A stretch of DNA of 64,000 nucleotides from contig JAYYZJ010000004.1 in assembly GCA_036340075.1 (NCBI GenBank), positions 8,614 to 72,613 on the forward strand. The letters run 5' to 3'. Source of the stretch: Thermodesulfobacteriota bacterium. Lineage in GTDB: Bacteria; Desulfobacterota_D; UBA1144. Shown one piece after another: positions 53,064-62,347 of this stretch (its first letter is position 1; each line of letters opens with the position of its first letter). A program made the translations under genes and the position numbers. The notes below the pieces were generated by a model, which was given only the letters and a program-made list of their open reading frames with translations, was not told the origin of the DNA and ran no database searches.

Positions 53064-54629
53064 ATGAAGCTTGCTGGGACTAAAGAAATAAAAGAAATTG
53101 ATTACTTATCAAGCTCGAAATATAAGATTTCTAGTAAAATAAGGATGGAAATTGCTGGATTAAAATCTTTCGAGTTAATTAAAAGTATATTCAATCCTAA
53201 AAAAACTCTTGTGATAGCTGGGACTGGAAACAATGGAGGAGATGGTTTGGTAATTGCAAGATATCTTCAATTAAATGGGTACGAATGTGAAATATTAGTC
53301 AGCAAGAATTCGAATAAAAGCTCTTCCGACTATAAAGAGAATCTAAAAATAATTAATAAAATGGGGATTAAAATTATAAAAGAATGTACTTCTGCAAAGA
53401 TAAAAAAGTTTGATTTAATTGTTGATGCATTTTTTGGGGTTGGTCTAAACAGAGAGCTAGACAGAAAAGCAAAAAATATAATAAAGAAAATCAACGCTAG
53501 CAATACCCCGGTTTGTGCTATTGATTTACCATCAGGGCTAGATGCAGACACTGGTTTAATTTATGGGGGATGTGTAAATGCAGACAGTACAATAACATTT
53601 GATTTTTTCAAGCCTGGATTATTAAGTGATCCGGGATGCAAATACAGCAAAGATGTTCATCTTGTTAAACTGCCGACACCAATTCAGCTTTCCAATAAAT
53701 TAAACAATTTTTTTATTGAAGAAAGTTTCTTTAAAAATTTTTTCAAACAAAGAGATAAATCATCAAACAAAGGAACCTTTGGTCATGTTTTAGTCATAGG
53801 TGGCTCAAAGAATATGTCTGGCGCTATTAATCTTGCTGGTCTTTCTGCATACAAGACGGGCTGTGGCCTAGTAACTTTATGTGTACCAAAATGTATTAGC
53901 AATACATTGAAAAAGAAATTTCCTGAATCAGTTTTTATTGAAATTCCAAACAATGTTGATGGTTTAACTATGGATGAAAGTTGTTTTATAGATGAGATAA
54001 AACAGAAATTAATGAAAAAGCCATCTGCAATAGTTATAGGGCCAGGAATGACAAATAGGAATGGTTTGTTGAAATTAATTAAAGACGCTTTGCTGTACTT
54101 TGATTGTCCAATAATATTAGATGCCGATGCGCTTAATTTAATTTCTAAAGATTTGAGCATTATTAAAAAATGTAAACAACAGATTATTCTTACCCCTCAC
54201 CCTGGAGAGATGGCTAGGATAAGTCAAAACAGTATTAAGGATATTCAAAAAAATAGAATAAGTATTGCTAAAGAGATATCTGCAATCACTAAGGCCATAA
54301 CTATACTAAAAGGGAACAGAACTATTATCTCTTCACCTAAAGGTGAAACTTATATAAATAGTTCAGGAAATGAAGGAATGGCTACTGGTGGCATGGGAGA
54401 TTCATTAACAGGAATAATTGCAAGTTTTATTGCTCAAGGATATAACCCATTAGAAGCAAGCATCCTCGGCGTATTTGTACATGGAAAAGCTGGAGACATC
54501 ATTTCCGAGAAAAATACTAGGCGTGGGATTCTGGCTTCAGAAGTTATAGATTTACTACCAAAAACAATTTCTCAAATTGAAGAGGAGTCAAAAAAGGATA
54601 TTGAAGTCAATAGAATATCAAATGTATGA
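53064..54629 (+). CDS. nnr: Bifunctional NAD(P)HX epimerase/dehydratase
   Basis: GTGNNGGDG, DLPSG, KGTFG, DADAL, TPHPGEM, ATGGMGD. Confidence 0.94.
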   Translation: MKLAGTKEIKEIDYLSSSKYKISSKIRMEIAGLKSFELIKSIFNPKKTLVIAGTGNNGGDGLVIARYLQLNGYECEILVSKNSNKSSSDYKENLKIINKMGIKIIKECTSAKIKKFDLIVDAFFGVGLNRELDRKAKNIIKKINASNTPVCAIDLPSGLDADTGLIYGGCVNADSTITFDFFKPGLLSDPGCKYSKDVHLVKLPTPIQLSNKLNNFFIEESFFKNFFKQRDKSSNKGTFGHVLVIGGSKNMSGAINLAGLSAYKTGCGLVTLCVPKCISNTLKKKFPESVFIEIPNNVDGLTMDESCFIDEIKQKLMKKPSAIVIGPGMTNRNGLLKLIKDALLYFDCPIILDADALNLISKDLSIIKKCKQQIILTPHPGEMARISQNSIKDIQKNRISIAKEISAITKAITILKGNRTIISSPKGETYINSSGNEGMATGGMGDSLTGIIASFIAQGYNPLEASILGVFVHGKAGDIISEKNTRRGILASEVIDLLPKTISQIEEESKKDIEVNRISNV

Positions 54630-55065
54630 TTCAACTATATGCTCAATCGAGGATACAAATAAAATTGCATTAAAAGTTTCGGAAAAAATACGAGAAGGAA
54701 CTATATTGCTTTTAAATGGAGATCTAGGCTCTGGTAAGACTCAATTTGTAAGATTTTTAGGTAATCATTTAGAATCCGTCGATACGATTAGTAGTCCTAC
54801 GTTTCTTATATTGAATATTTATGAATGCAAGGAAAAGCTCAAAATATATCATTTTGATTTTTACCGTGTTAAAGATGTACAGGAGCTTGAGGATATAGGT
54901 TTTTTTGAAATACTAAACGATGAAGAAGGATTGATAGTTGTCGAATGGGCAGAGAGATATCAAGAGGTATTCACAAAATTTAAAAATAGGACTATAGATA
55001 TTTATTTTAATTTTATAAAGGATAATATAGATTGTAGGGAGATTTTAGTTAAAGGTAATTTGTAA
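54622..55065 (+). CDS. tsaE: tRNA t6A biosynthesis ATPase TsaE
   Basis: GDLGSGKT, SPTF, HFDFYR, EWA. Confidence 0.93.
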   Translation: MYDSTICSIEDTNKIALKVSEKIREGTILLLNGDLGSGKTQFVRFLGNHLESVDTISSPTFLILNIYECKEKLKIYHFDFYRVKDVQELEDIGFFEILNDEEGLIVVEWAERYQEVFTKFKNRTIDIYFNFIKDNIDCREILVKGNL

Positions 55066-56289
55066 ATGGATTTAATTGTTCAAAAGTATGGTGGAACTAG
55101 TGTAGGAAACATCAAAAAGATAAAAAATGTAGCTAGAAATATCCAAAAATTAAGAAAAAAGAAAAAGTCATTAGTTGTCGTTGTTTCGGCAATGGCGGGG
55201 CAAACCGACAAACTCCATAGTCTGACTAAAGATATATCCAAAATTCCTAACGAAAGAGAATACGATCAAGTAATTTCAACTGGTGAAAAAGTATCAGCTG
55301 GTTTAATAACCATAGCTCTTTTAGAAATTGGCGTTAAAGCCATTTCTCTAGACCCTGCAAAATTTGGATTGATTACAAATAATTTACATGGAAAGGGAAC
55401 TATACTTTCTGTTGGAACAAATGAGATTAAGAAATATTTAAAAAAAGGTTTTGTAGTTGTAGTTCCAGGATTTCAAGGGATTAATTCAAACAATGACGTA
55501 ACAACTTTGGGAAGAGGAGGATCTGATTTATCTGCAGTAGCAATTGCATCAGCACTAAAAGCATCTTATTGTGAGCTACTTAAAGACGATGTTGATGGAA
55601 TTTACACTACTGATCCTAATCTTTATAAAGGTGCAAAAAAAATTAATTACATTTCTTATCAAGAAATGCTTGAAATGTCTAGCTTGGGATCAAAGGTTCT
55701 ACAAGCCAAAGCGGTTGAATATGCAAATAATTTAAATATTAAATTGCATGTTAAATCAACTACGAAGAATTCACAGAAAGGAACTTGGGTTATAAATGAG
55801 AAGTCTATTCCAATTAAAGAAAAAAAAGTTGTTAGAGGAATCACCCACGACTTAAAACAGTCTAAGATTTCGATTCTAGGAATTGCTGATAAACCAGGAG
55901 TAGCATCAAAGGTATTTCAACCTATAAGTAAAGCTGGGATAATTGTAGACATGATTGTCCAAAATATAAGTACTGATGGTAAATCTGATTTAACTTTTAC
56001 TATCCCTAAAGAAGATTTAAATAAAACTGTAAAAATCTTGCAACAAAACAAGGTAAAACTAAATTATAGACACCTATTACAAGATGATAGAATTGCATTA
56101 ATATCAATTATTGGAGCTGGAATGAAAACAGAAACAGGTGTGGCATCAAGGATGTTTAAATGCTTGTCTCGTTCTAAAATCAATATAAGCATGATAACAA
56201 CATCAGAAATTAAGATATCTTGTGTTATCAATAAAAATAAATGCAAGTCTGCTGTACAAGCATTGCATAAGGAATTCAAATTAAGCTGA
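55066..56289 (+). CDS. lysC: Aspartate kinase
   Basis: QKYGGTSV, VSAM, TLGRGGSD, two ACT domains, TSEIKIS. Confidence 0.96.
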   Translation: MDLIVQKYGGTSVGNIKKIKNVARNIQKLRKKKKSLVVVVSAMAGQTDKLHSLTKDISKIPNEREYDQVISTGEKVSAGLITIALLEIGVKAISLDPAKFGLITNNLHGKGTILSVGTNEIKKYLKKGFVVVVPGFQGINSNNDVTTLGRGGSDLSAVAIASALKASYCELLKDDVDGIYTTDPNLYKGAKKINYISYQEMLEMSSLGSKVLQAKAVEYANNLNIKLHVKSTTKNSQKGTWVINEKSIPIKEKKVVRGITHDLKQSKISILGIADKPGVASKVFQPISKAGIIVDMIVQNISTDGKSDLTFTIPKEDLNKTVKILQQNKVKLNYRHLLQDDRIALISIIGAGMKTETGVASRMFKCLSRSKINISMITTSEIKISCVINKNKCKSAVQALHKEFKLS

Positions 56290-57854
56290 TGTCAAAAGAA
56301 GTATTAGCATATGATGTTACTTTACGAGACGGGACACAGGGAGAAGGTGTTTCCTTTTCAATAGAAGACAAGATTAGAGTAAGCCATAAACTCGATGAGC
56401 TAGGTGTAGCCTATATTGAAGGGGGTTGGCCTGGTTCAAATGATAGAGATGAAGGATTTTTCAAAGAAGCTCAAAAGCAAAATTATAAAGTATCCAGAAT
56501 TACTGCCTTTGGTAGCACAAGAAGAGCTAGTCAAGATTGTGATAAGGATATAAATATTCAATCCCTATTATCTGCAAATACTTCGGTTGTTACAATTGTT
56601 GGAAAAACTTGGGACTTTCATGTAACTGAAGCTCTAGGTATAACAAATGAACAAAATATTGAATTAATTTCTGATTCAATTGAATATCTTTCTAAACGAG
56701 TTGATGAAGTATTTTTTGATGCAGAACATTTCTTTGATGGTTTCAAAGCAAACCAAAAGTATGCAACTGAATGTATTAAATCTGCAATTAATTCGGGAGC
56801 TAAAGGAGTAGTTCTCTGTGATACAAATGGGGGGTCTACACCTTGGGATATAGGTGAAATAGTCCAAAAAATTAGAAAAATTAATAAAAAAAGTATTTTG
56901 GGAATCCATACACATAATGATTCAGATTTAGGCGTGGCAAATGCATTGCAAGCAGTTTTATCAGGTGCTAATCAAGTACAAGGGACAATTAATGGTTATG
57001 GGGAGAGATGTGGGAATGGTAATCTCTGTTCAATAATTGCTAATCTCAATCTAAAAATGGGAATTGCCTGTATTTCGGATACAAATCTCAAAAAACTCTA
57101 TGAAGTATCTAATTATATAAACGAATTGGCTAACTTACCCAGAAATAATAAATTACCATTTGTTGGCAAAAGCGCTTTTGCGCACAAAGGTGGAATACAT
57201 GTAAGCGCAGTAGTAAAAAATAATTTAACTTATGAACATATAGAACCATCTTCTGTAGGAAACTCGAGAAGGATTCTTATCTCAGACCTTTCTGGAAAGA
57301 GTAATGTTAAATATAAATTAAACGAACTAAAGATAAATAATATTTCTGATGAAGAAATTATCAAGATAGTAAATGAATTAAAGAGATTGGAAAATCAAGG
57401 ATACGAATTTGAGGGAGTTGATGCATCATTCGAACTACTTGCAAAAAAAATATCTGGTGATTATGAAGCAAAGATAGAGTTAATCGAATCAGAGATTAAT
57501 ACCAGACAGATAATTCCTTCGACAAAGTCTTCGGCAAGAGTAAAAATTAAAATCAATAATGAAACAATTGAAAATACAGCAGAAGGTTTAGGACCAGTCA
57601 ATGCTCTTGATATAGCTCTTCGAAATGCTTTAATAAAATACTATCCACATTTAAAAGATATCGAACTAACAGATTATAAAGTTCGGGTAGTTACCGGTAG
57701 CAAGGGAACTGAATCTTTAGTTAGAGTCATAATGGAATCAACTGATGGTAAATCTACTTGGTCAACGATTGGTGTTTCTAGAGATATTGTTGAAGCAAGC
57801 TGGAAGGCTCTGATTGACAGTATTGAGTATAAACTTATCAACTCTTCTTCTTAG
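56289..57854 (+). CDS. cimA: Citramalate synthase
   Basis: TLRDGTQGE, EGGWPGSN, FDAEHFFDG, HTHND, AFAHKGGIH, GPVNALD. Confidence 0.92.
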   Translation: MSKEVLAYDVTLRDGTQGEGVSFSIEDKIRVSHKLDELGVAYIEGGWPGSNDRDEGFFKEAQKQNYKVSRITAFGSTRRASQDCDKDINIQSLLSANTSVVTIVGKTWDFHVTEALGITNEQNIELISDSIEYLSKRVDEVFFDAEHFFDGFKANQKYATECIKSAINSGAKGVVLCDTNGGSTPWDIGEIVQKIRKINKKSILGIHTHNDSDLGVANALQAVLSGANQVQGTINGYGERCGNGNLCSIIANLNLKMGIACISDTNLKKLYEVSNYINELANLPRNNKLPFVGKSAFAHKGGIHVSAVVKNNLTYEHIEPSSVGNSRRILISDLSGKSNVKYKLNELKINNISDEEIIKIVNELKRLENQGYEFEGVDASFELLAKKISGDYEAKIELIESEINTRQIIPSTKSSARVKIKINNETIENTAEGLGPVNALDIALRNALIKYYPHLKDIELTDYKVRVVTGSKGTESLVRVIMESTDGKSTWSTIGVSRDIVEASWKALIDSIEYKLINSSS

Positions 57855-58551
57855 TTTTCATATATTTTTTAAGTGATGTTCTGAACTCTTCTTGGACTTT
57901 CTTTGTTGCTTTTTCTATTGGACCCATGACCATTTGATTGTAGGTTTCGAATGCAATAGCTTCTAAATCTTTATCCTTAGATTTTCTTGCCAATTTTAAA
58001 CACACTATAGATAGATAAAACATTGATCTAAAAAGTGATTTTCTTGCTTCATTAACATTGTATTGCTCCAAAGAAGTGTTTGAATCAAGCAATGAATAAA
58101 AGCTTTGTCCTGCAAACAAACTCAGCAATTTTGACAATTCTTTAGAATTATTAGTTTCAATAACTTTTATCAAAGGAGCCTCTAGAATCGATGATAGTTG
58201 GTCACTTCCCTGGGAAAGCAGTTGCGCCAACTGCTTAAGCTTAGCTTTATCTTCAGTTTCTAATATATCTTTTATCGTATCTCTTACGTAGTCTAAAGCA
58301 TAAGAGTCTTTTATTTCATCCAATTCGAGGCCTTTATTTTTTAATTCTTTTATTTCAATGATTTTATTTATTGTATCAACTGGATAAGACACATCTGGCT
58401 CTAAATCTGAATCAATTCTTGCTGTAATTTTTGGTGGAGGAATGATTCCTAATTCCGAGTACATACTTACTGTAGCTTTAGGGTCAGGTCCCAAATTAAT
58501 TTTTCTCTTCTTGAGTTCAATTATTAAGTCATGCAAAGAAATCATCTTCAT
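57838..58551 (-). CDS. Hypothetical protein with an N-terminal MerR-like HTH
   Basis: TVSMYSELGIIPPP...Y..DTINKIIEIKELKNKGLELDEIK resembles a MerR winged HTH; helical C-terminus. Confidence 0.6.
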   Translation of the reverse strand: MKMISLHDLIIELKKRKINLGPDPKATVSMYSELGIIPPPKITARIDSDLEPDVSYPVDTINKIIEIKELKNKGLELDEIKDSYALDYVRDTIKDILETEDKAKLKQLAQLLSQGSDQLSSILEAPLIKVIETNNSKELSKLLSLFAGQSFYSLLDSNTSLEQYNVNEARKSLFRSMFYLSIVCLKLARKSKDKDLEAIAFETYNQMVMGPIEKATKKVQEEFRTSLKKYMKTKKKS

Positions 58552-58595
58552 AGCTTAATAATAATTATTCCTCTTGGTGATTTAATGTCAAAATG

Positions 58596-58940
58596 TTACT
58601 TATTAACAAAAGTTAACCAAATATTGTTTTTGTTCACTTTTCCCCAAAATGGGATATGTGCTTTTAATAAGAATTCGTCATTTTTAAGATTTATTTTAAT
58701 AATGAATTTATTCTTTTTGTTGTAAATCAATTCTCCTGAGATTTTAAAAGATTTTTTATCAAAGCTTTTTAAGTTACTATTGTCTAAATAGTCAGACATC
58801 TTATTTATTTCTATTGCAATCATATGTCCTTTAAAAGGAAAATCTTTCAAATTAACAAATAAGAAATTTCTTTTTAAAGAATCTTTTATTTTTAAAAAAT
58901 ATAAACTTTGTGAACTAGAAAAATAGTGTATTAGTTCCAT
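58596..58940 (-). CDS. Hypothetical protein
   Basis: Very AT-rich ORF filling the gap after coaX; no motif; start uncertain (58940 or 58964). Confidence 0.4.
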   Translation of the reverse strand: MELIHYFSSSQSLYFLKIKDSLKRNFLFVNLKDFPFKGHMIAIEINKMSDYLDNSNLKSFDKKSFKISGELIYNKKNKFIIKINLKNDEFLLKAHIPFWGKVNKNNIWLTFVNK

Positions 58941-58944
58941 GATA

Positions 58945-59703
58945 TTATTTTGTGTTTTCAACAATATAGGCCATGCCTTTTAATGTTAATTTTGAATCAA
59001 TTAAATAGTTTTTAGGGAAAAAGGATCTGAATATTTCTGACAATCCTCCGGTAACAATAACCTTGAAAGGTTTTTTGTATTTCTTTTTTATTAAATTCAC
59101 AAACGAGCTTATCATCAAATAGTGTCCGTAAGTAAATCCTGAGCTTAAACTTTCCTTAGTTGAATTGCCTAATATTTTTTTTGTTATTCTAATGCTATGA
59201 TTGCCTATCATTGAAGTAGACGATATTAAAGATTGATAAGAAGTTATTGGCCCAGGTATGATAACTCCTCCTATAAAAGTAAGCTTTGAATCAATTACGT
59301 CAATTGTGGTTGCGGTCCCAATGTCGACTACAATAAATGATTTTTTTATAGATATTGATTGAGCACCAACACAATTTAAAAATCTATCCATTCCAAGAGT
59401 GTTAGGCTTGTTGTATCTAAGTTTAAAATTCTTAAAAGTTCTTTTGTTTAGTATTTTCGTTTCAACGCCTACAAGTTCTTTTTTTATAATCTTAAGAACT
59501 ATATCCTTGGCATATTTATTAACATACGAAATATAAACTATTTCGACTTGTTTATTTTTTAGAATCTTTTTAATAGTCCTTGAAAAATTAGATTGAATAC
59601 TGCTCTTATTTACGCAATCTACAGATTGAACAGCTCCTATAGATAATTTATTATTCAAAGCTAATTTGATACTAGAATTTCCACATTCAACAAGTAATCT
59701 CAC
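58945..59703 (-). CDS. coaX: Type III pantothenate kinase
   Basis: ECGNSSIK, LGMDR, VDIGTATT, GGVIIPG, TGG. Confidence 0.92.
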   Translation of the reverse strand: MRLLVECGNSSIKLALNNKLSIGAVQSVDCVNKSSIQSNFSRTIKKILKNKQVEIVYISYVNKYAKDIVLKIIKKELVGVETKILNKRTFKNFKLRYNKPNTLGMDRFLNCVGAQSISIKKSFIVVDIGTATTIDVIDSKLTFIGGVIIPGPITSYQSLISSTSMIGNHSIRITKKILGNSTKESLSSGFTYGHYLMISSFVNLIKKKYKKPFKVIVTGGLSEIFRSFFPKNYLIDSKLTLKGMAYIVENTK

Positions 59704-59773
59704 AGAATAGTTAGTATAACATTGACAAAAGGATTAATTTAGTTTTCACTTATAGCACTAGGAGGCCTTGTTT

Positions 59774-59977
59774 ATGGAAAAAATTAAAAGAATTTGCTGG
59801 GATTGTCCAAACGAGCCAGTTACTAATTGGAAAGTTAATAGCGTTCAAGAAAGAAGAGAAGGACACTTGCTTACAATTTCTTGCGCAAAATGCGGCAAGG
59901 AATCTCAAGTGTTTGGCTGGATGGTTGGCTGTGAGTGTGATACTTGCAAAAATCAATCTATTGGCGCCGCAAAATAA
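59774..59977 (+). CDS. Small Cys-rich (probable Zn-binding) protein
   Basis: CWDC, CAKC, CECDTC; SD GGAGG at 59761. Confidence 0.7.
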   Translation: MEKIKRICWDCPNEPVTNWKVNSVQERREGHLLTISCAKCGKESQVFGWMVGCECDTCKNQSIGAAK

Positions 59978-60005
59978 TATTTTTAGCAATAACTAAAATT
60001 GAAAG

Positions 60006-60221
60006 ATGAATAATAAATCTGTTAATAAGTTTGACTTGCGTCTGAGAGAAAGACTTCTTAAAGATGGACAAGTTTCCAAAGAGGAAATTACTCAATATGA
60101 TGCTTCTTTAGAAGACCAGTCTGAAAACATGTTGGATATCCAAGAAATAATTGATAGAGAAGAAGAGGAGTCATCTGATTCTGAAGAAGTAATAGAGGCA
60201 TCAGAAGAAGTCGAAGAATAG
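60006..60221 (+). CDS. Small protein with acidic tail
   Basis: FDLRLRERLLKDGQVSKEE core plus E/S/D-rich C-terminus. Confidence 0.7.
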   Translation: MNNKSVNKFDLRLRERLLKDGQVSKEEITQYDASLEDQSENMLDIQEIIDREEEESSDSEEVIEASEEVEE

Positions 60222-60433
60222 TGGGAAAATTTCAATATAAAATTGTAAATTATCACGATTTTATCAAACCTGAGAGTTCATCTCATGAACTCAATATAGA
60301 AGAATCATCTGAGTCAAAAAAAGAAGCAGAAAATTCAAAAATGATTGAGAATGAATTAAACGAATTAGGAAAAGAAGGTTGGGAGCTTGTAGAAATAATC
60401 AATAATAAATTTTTTCTCAAAAGGGCATTGTAA
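60221..60433 (+). CDS. DUF4177-like small protein
   Basis: FQYKIV...LNELGKEGWELV...FLKR. Confidence 0.75.
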   Translation: MGKFQYKIVNYHDFIKPESSSHELNIEESSESKKEAENSKMIENELNELGKEGWELVEIINNKFFLKRAL

Positions 60434-60447
60434 GACAAATATAGATA

Positions 60448-60570
60448 CTAAAAAATAAATATACAATTATTCCAAATGCACTTTGCTGATAATAATTCAT
60501 AAACCAAGATAAACAAAATAAAGAACCAAATCCCTATACTGGCCAGTATAGTTTTAACAAAGAAATCCAT
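60448..60570 (-). CDS. 40-aa single-TM microprotein
   Basis: Hand translation: MDFFVKTILASIGIWFFILFILVYELLSAKCIWNNCIFIF*; ATG 2 nt after the upstream stop. Confidence 0.5.
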   Translation of the reverse strand: MDFFVKTILASIGIWFFILFILVYELLSAKCIWNNCIFIF

Positions 60571-60572
60571 AA

Positions 60573-60719
60573 TCAATTTAAATAGAAATACATTATGATT
60601 GATCCAAAAATAAGACCTTCAAAAAAAGCAATCCATAAAATTCCATAGTGAGAAATGTTAAATTCTTTCATAAAGTATTCAACTAAATCTTTATGCCATT
60701 TAATAAATTTATCAATCAT
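60573..60719 (-). CDS. 48-aa membrane microprotein
   Basis: MIDKFIKWHKDLVEYFMKEFNISHYGILWIAFFEGLIFGSIIMYFYLN; amphipathic helix plus TM. Confidence 0.65.
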   Translation of the reverse strand: MIDKFIKWHKDLVEYFMKEFNISHYGILWIAFFEGLIFGSIIMYFYLN

Positions 60720-60721
60720 AA

Positions 60722-60784
60722 CTATAGAAATAAGAAAGTAACTACACCAAAAAACAACATTAGCATTGGCAAGCATCCGTACAT
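60722..60784 (-). CDS. 20-aa hydrophobic microprotein
   Basis: Hand translation: MYGCLPMLMLFFGVVTFLFL*; fills the gap with 3-nt and 2-nt spacers. Confidence 0.4.
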   Translation of the reverse strand: MYGCLPMLMLFFGVVTFLFL

Positions 60785-60787
60785 AGG

Positions 60788-61309
60788 TTAATCATCCCAT
60801 AATTCTCTTTGATTTAATAGCCAAGATTGATAATCATTCTCATTTACAAGATAAGACCAATGCAACAATGATTGTTGAATTCTTCTGCTTATATTTCCGC
60901 TTTCTTTTATAGCAGACCCTGAGCTATGAATTTTTCCATAAATTGTATTTCTCCATCTACCAGAAGGTCCACAAAAAGCTAACCATCTTTTTATCTGTCT
61001 TTCATCATCCTCATGCCTTCTCCCCATATAATATTTACAGTACCATTCAAACCATCCTCGTGGATCATCAGGATGTATCCATCCAGCATCTTCCCACTCT
61101 TTCTGACTCTGACCAGATTTAATTTTAAAAAAATTAACTTCGGGTAAATAAGTCTTTGAACAATAAAGATTTTTATCTACCCCTCTAAACCATTCTTCAG
61201 GAAAATCCTTAAAACTAATTATTTCTGCGAAATATGTACCTCCGAAAATCCCTTTTTTAATCATCTCTTTTGGGGTTAGCATCGGTTTAAACATTGATTG
61301 GCTTGTCAT
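60788..61309 (-). CDS. Conserved hypothetical protein (Trp/Arg-rich)
   Basis: FKPMLTPKEM..GIFGGTYF, GWIHPDDPRGWFEWYCKYYMGRR..DDERQIKRW, QSLLHW. Confidence 0.75.
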   Translation of the reverse strand: MTSQSMFKPMLTPKEMIKKGIFGGTYFAEIISFKDFPEEWFRGVDKNLYCSKTYLPEVNFFKIKSGQSQKEWEDAGWIHPDDPRGWFEWYCKYYMGRRHEDDERQIKRWLAFCGPSGRWRNTIYGKIHSSGSAIKESGNISRRIQQSLLHWSYLVNENDYQSWLLNQRELWDD

Positions 61310-61643
61310 CTTTCCAAATTCCCTTAATTACGCTTCCATCTTTCGAAGTATATTTTCCTTCTCCATTTCTTTTATTGTTTTCATATTTTCCCTCATATTT
61401 TGATCCATCAGAATATGTGTAAATACCATTTCCATGGAACTTATCATTGTTAAACTCTCCTATATACAACGAACCATCTGGAAATGTAAATGTTCCCTTC
61501 CCGTGCTTTTTATCATTTTTGTACTCACCCACATATTTTGATCCACTTGGATAAATATAAGTACCCTTGCCATGTCGTTTTCCATTTTGAGATTGTCCTT
61601 TATATTCTCCACCAGTAGGCGAAGTGTAAGTTATTGTTTTCAC
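61287..61643 (-). CDS. MORN-repeat protein (no signal peptide)
   Basis: Several 23-aa YxGx(Y/F)xxxxxHGxGxxx(Y/F)xxG repeats. Confidence 0.85.
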   Translation of the reverse strand: MKTITYTSPTGGEYKGQSQNGKRHGKGTYIYPSGSKYVGEYKNDKKHGKGTFTFPDGSLYIGEFNNDKFHGNGIYTYSDGSKYEGKYENNKRNGEGKYTSKDGSVIKGIWKDDKPINV

Positions 61644-61653
61644 AATTAATAAT

Positions 61654-62307
61654 TTACTTAATTATTTTATCGTTATCGAATTTAACAGAATGTTTTTTTC
61701 CATCTGGCAAAGTAAAGGTTCCCTTTCCGTGCTTTTTGCCTTCTTTGAATTTCCCTACAAACTTTGCTCCATCGGGATATGTCATAGTTCCTTTTCCATG
61801 AATTTTTCCATTTTTAAATTGTCCTACATATTTAAGGCCATCACCATAAGTCATAGTTCCTTTTCCATGCATCATATCATCTTTCCAGCTACCATCATAT
61901 TTATTTTCTTTATATGTAAAAACTCCCTTTCCATTTCTTTGTCCATTCTTATATTCTCCTACATATTTTGTGCCATTAGGGAAAGTATGCACACCCTTGC
62001 CATGCATTTGATTGTTTTTCCATTCACCTTCATATTCTTCACCATCAGGGAAAGTAAGAGTTCCTTTTCCGTTAACTACACCTTCTTTGTATTCTCCTAC
62101 ATATTTTTCTCCATTAGGAAAAGTGTAAGACCCTTTTCCATGACCTTTTCCATTCTTCCATTCTCCTTCATATGTTCTTCCTTCTGCGCTAAGAACTCCA
62201 TAACATTTATTCCATTTAGTTGAATCCTTTCCTTCGCATTTGGGTAAAGAAAATGAACTCCCAGTAAGCAATAATAAAAATAAGAAAATAAAACTGAAAA
62301 ATTTCAT
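61654..62307 (-). CDS. Secreted MORN-repeat protein
   Basis: Signal peptide, LPKC..W.KC cap, about 7 MORN repeats. Confidence 0.9.
   Translation of the reverse strand: MKFFSFIFLFLLLLTGSSFSLPKCEGKDSTKWNKCYGVLSAEGRTYEGEWKNGKGHGKGSYTFPNGEKYVGEYKEGVVNGKGTLTFPDGEEYEGEWKNNQMHGKGVHTFPNGTKYVGEYKNGQRNGKGVFTYKENKYDGSWKDDMMHGKGTMTYGDGLKYVGQFKNGKIHGKGTMTYPDGAKFVGKFKEGKKHGKGTFTLPDGKKHSVKFDNDKIIK
61781..61869. repeat. Exact 20-nt direct repeat at a 69-bp MORN period
   Basis: gtcatagttccttttccatg at 61781 and 61850. Confidence 0.85.
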
Positions 62308-62347
62308 AAAGTAATTGTATCAAATTTTGATAAAATTAAACCATATT

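Noticed and set aside
51985..59977. Radical SAM plus Cys-rich small protein as a ranthipeptide RiPP pair
   Set aside because: They are about 7 kb apart with housekeeping genes between; no RRE domain or transporter; the CxxC pattern fits metal binding better.
61690..62223. 177-aa hydrophobic plus-strand ORF (also 63269..63490)
   Set aside because: Antisense or alternate-frame shadow of the periodic MORN repeats.
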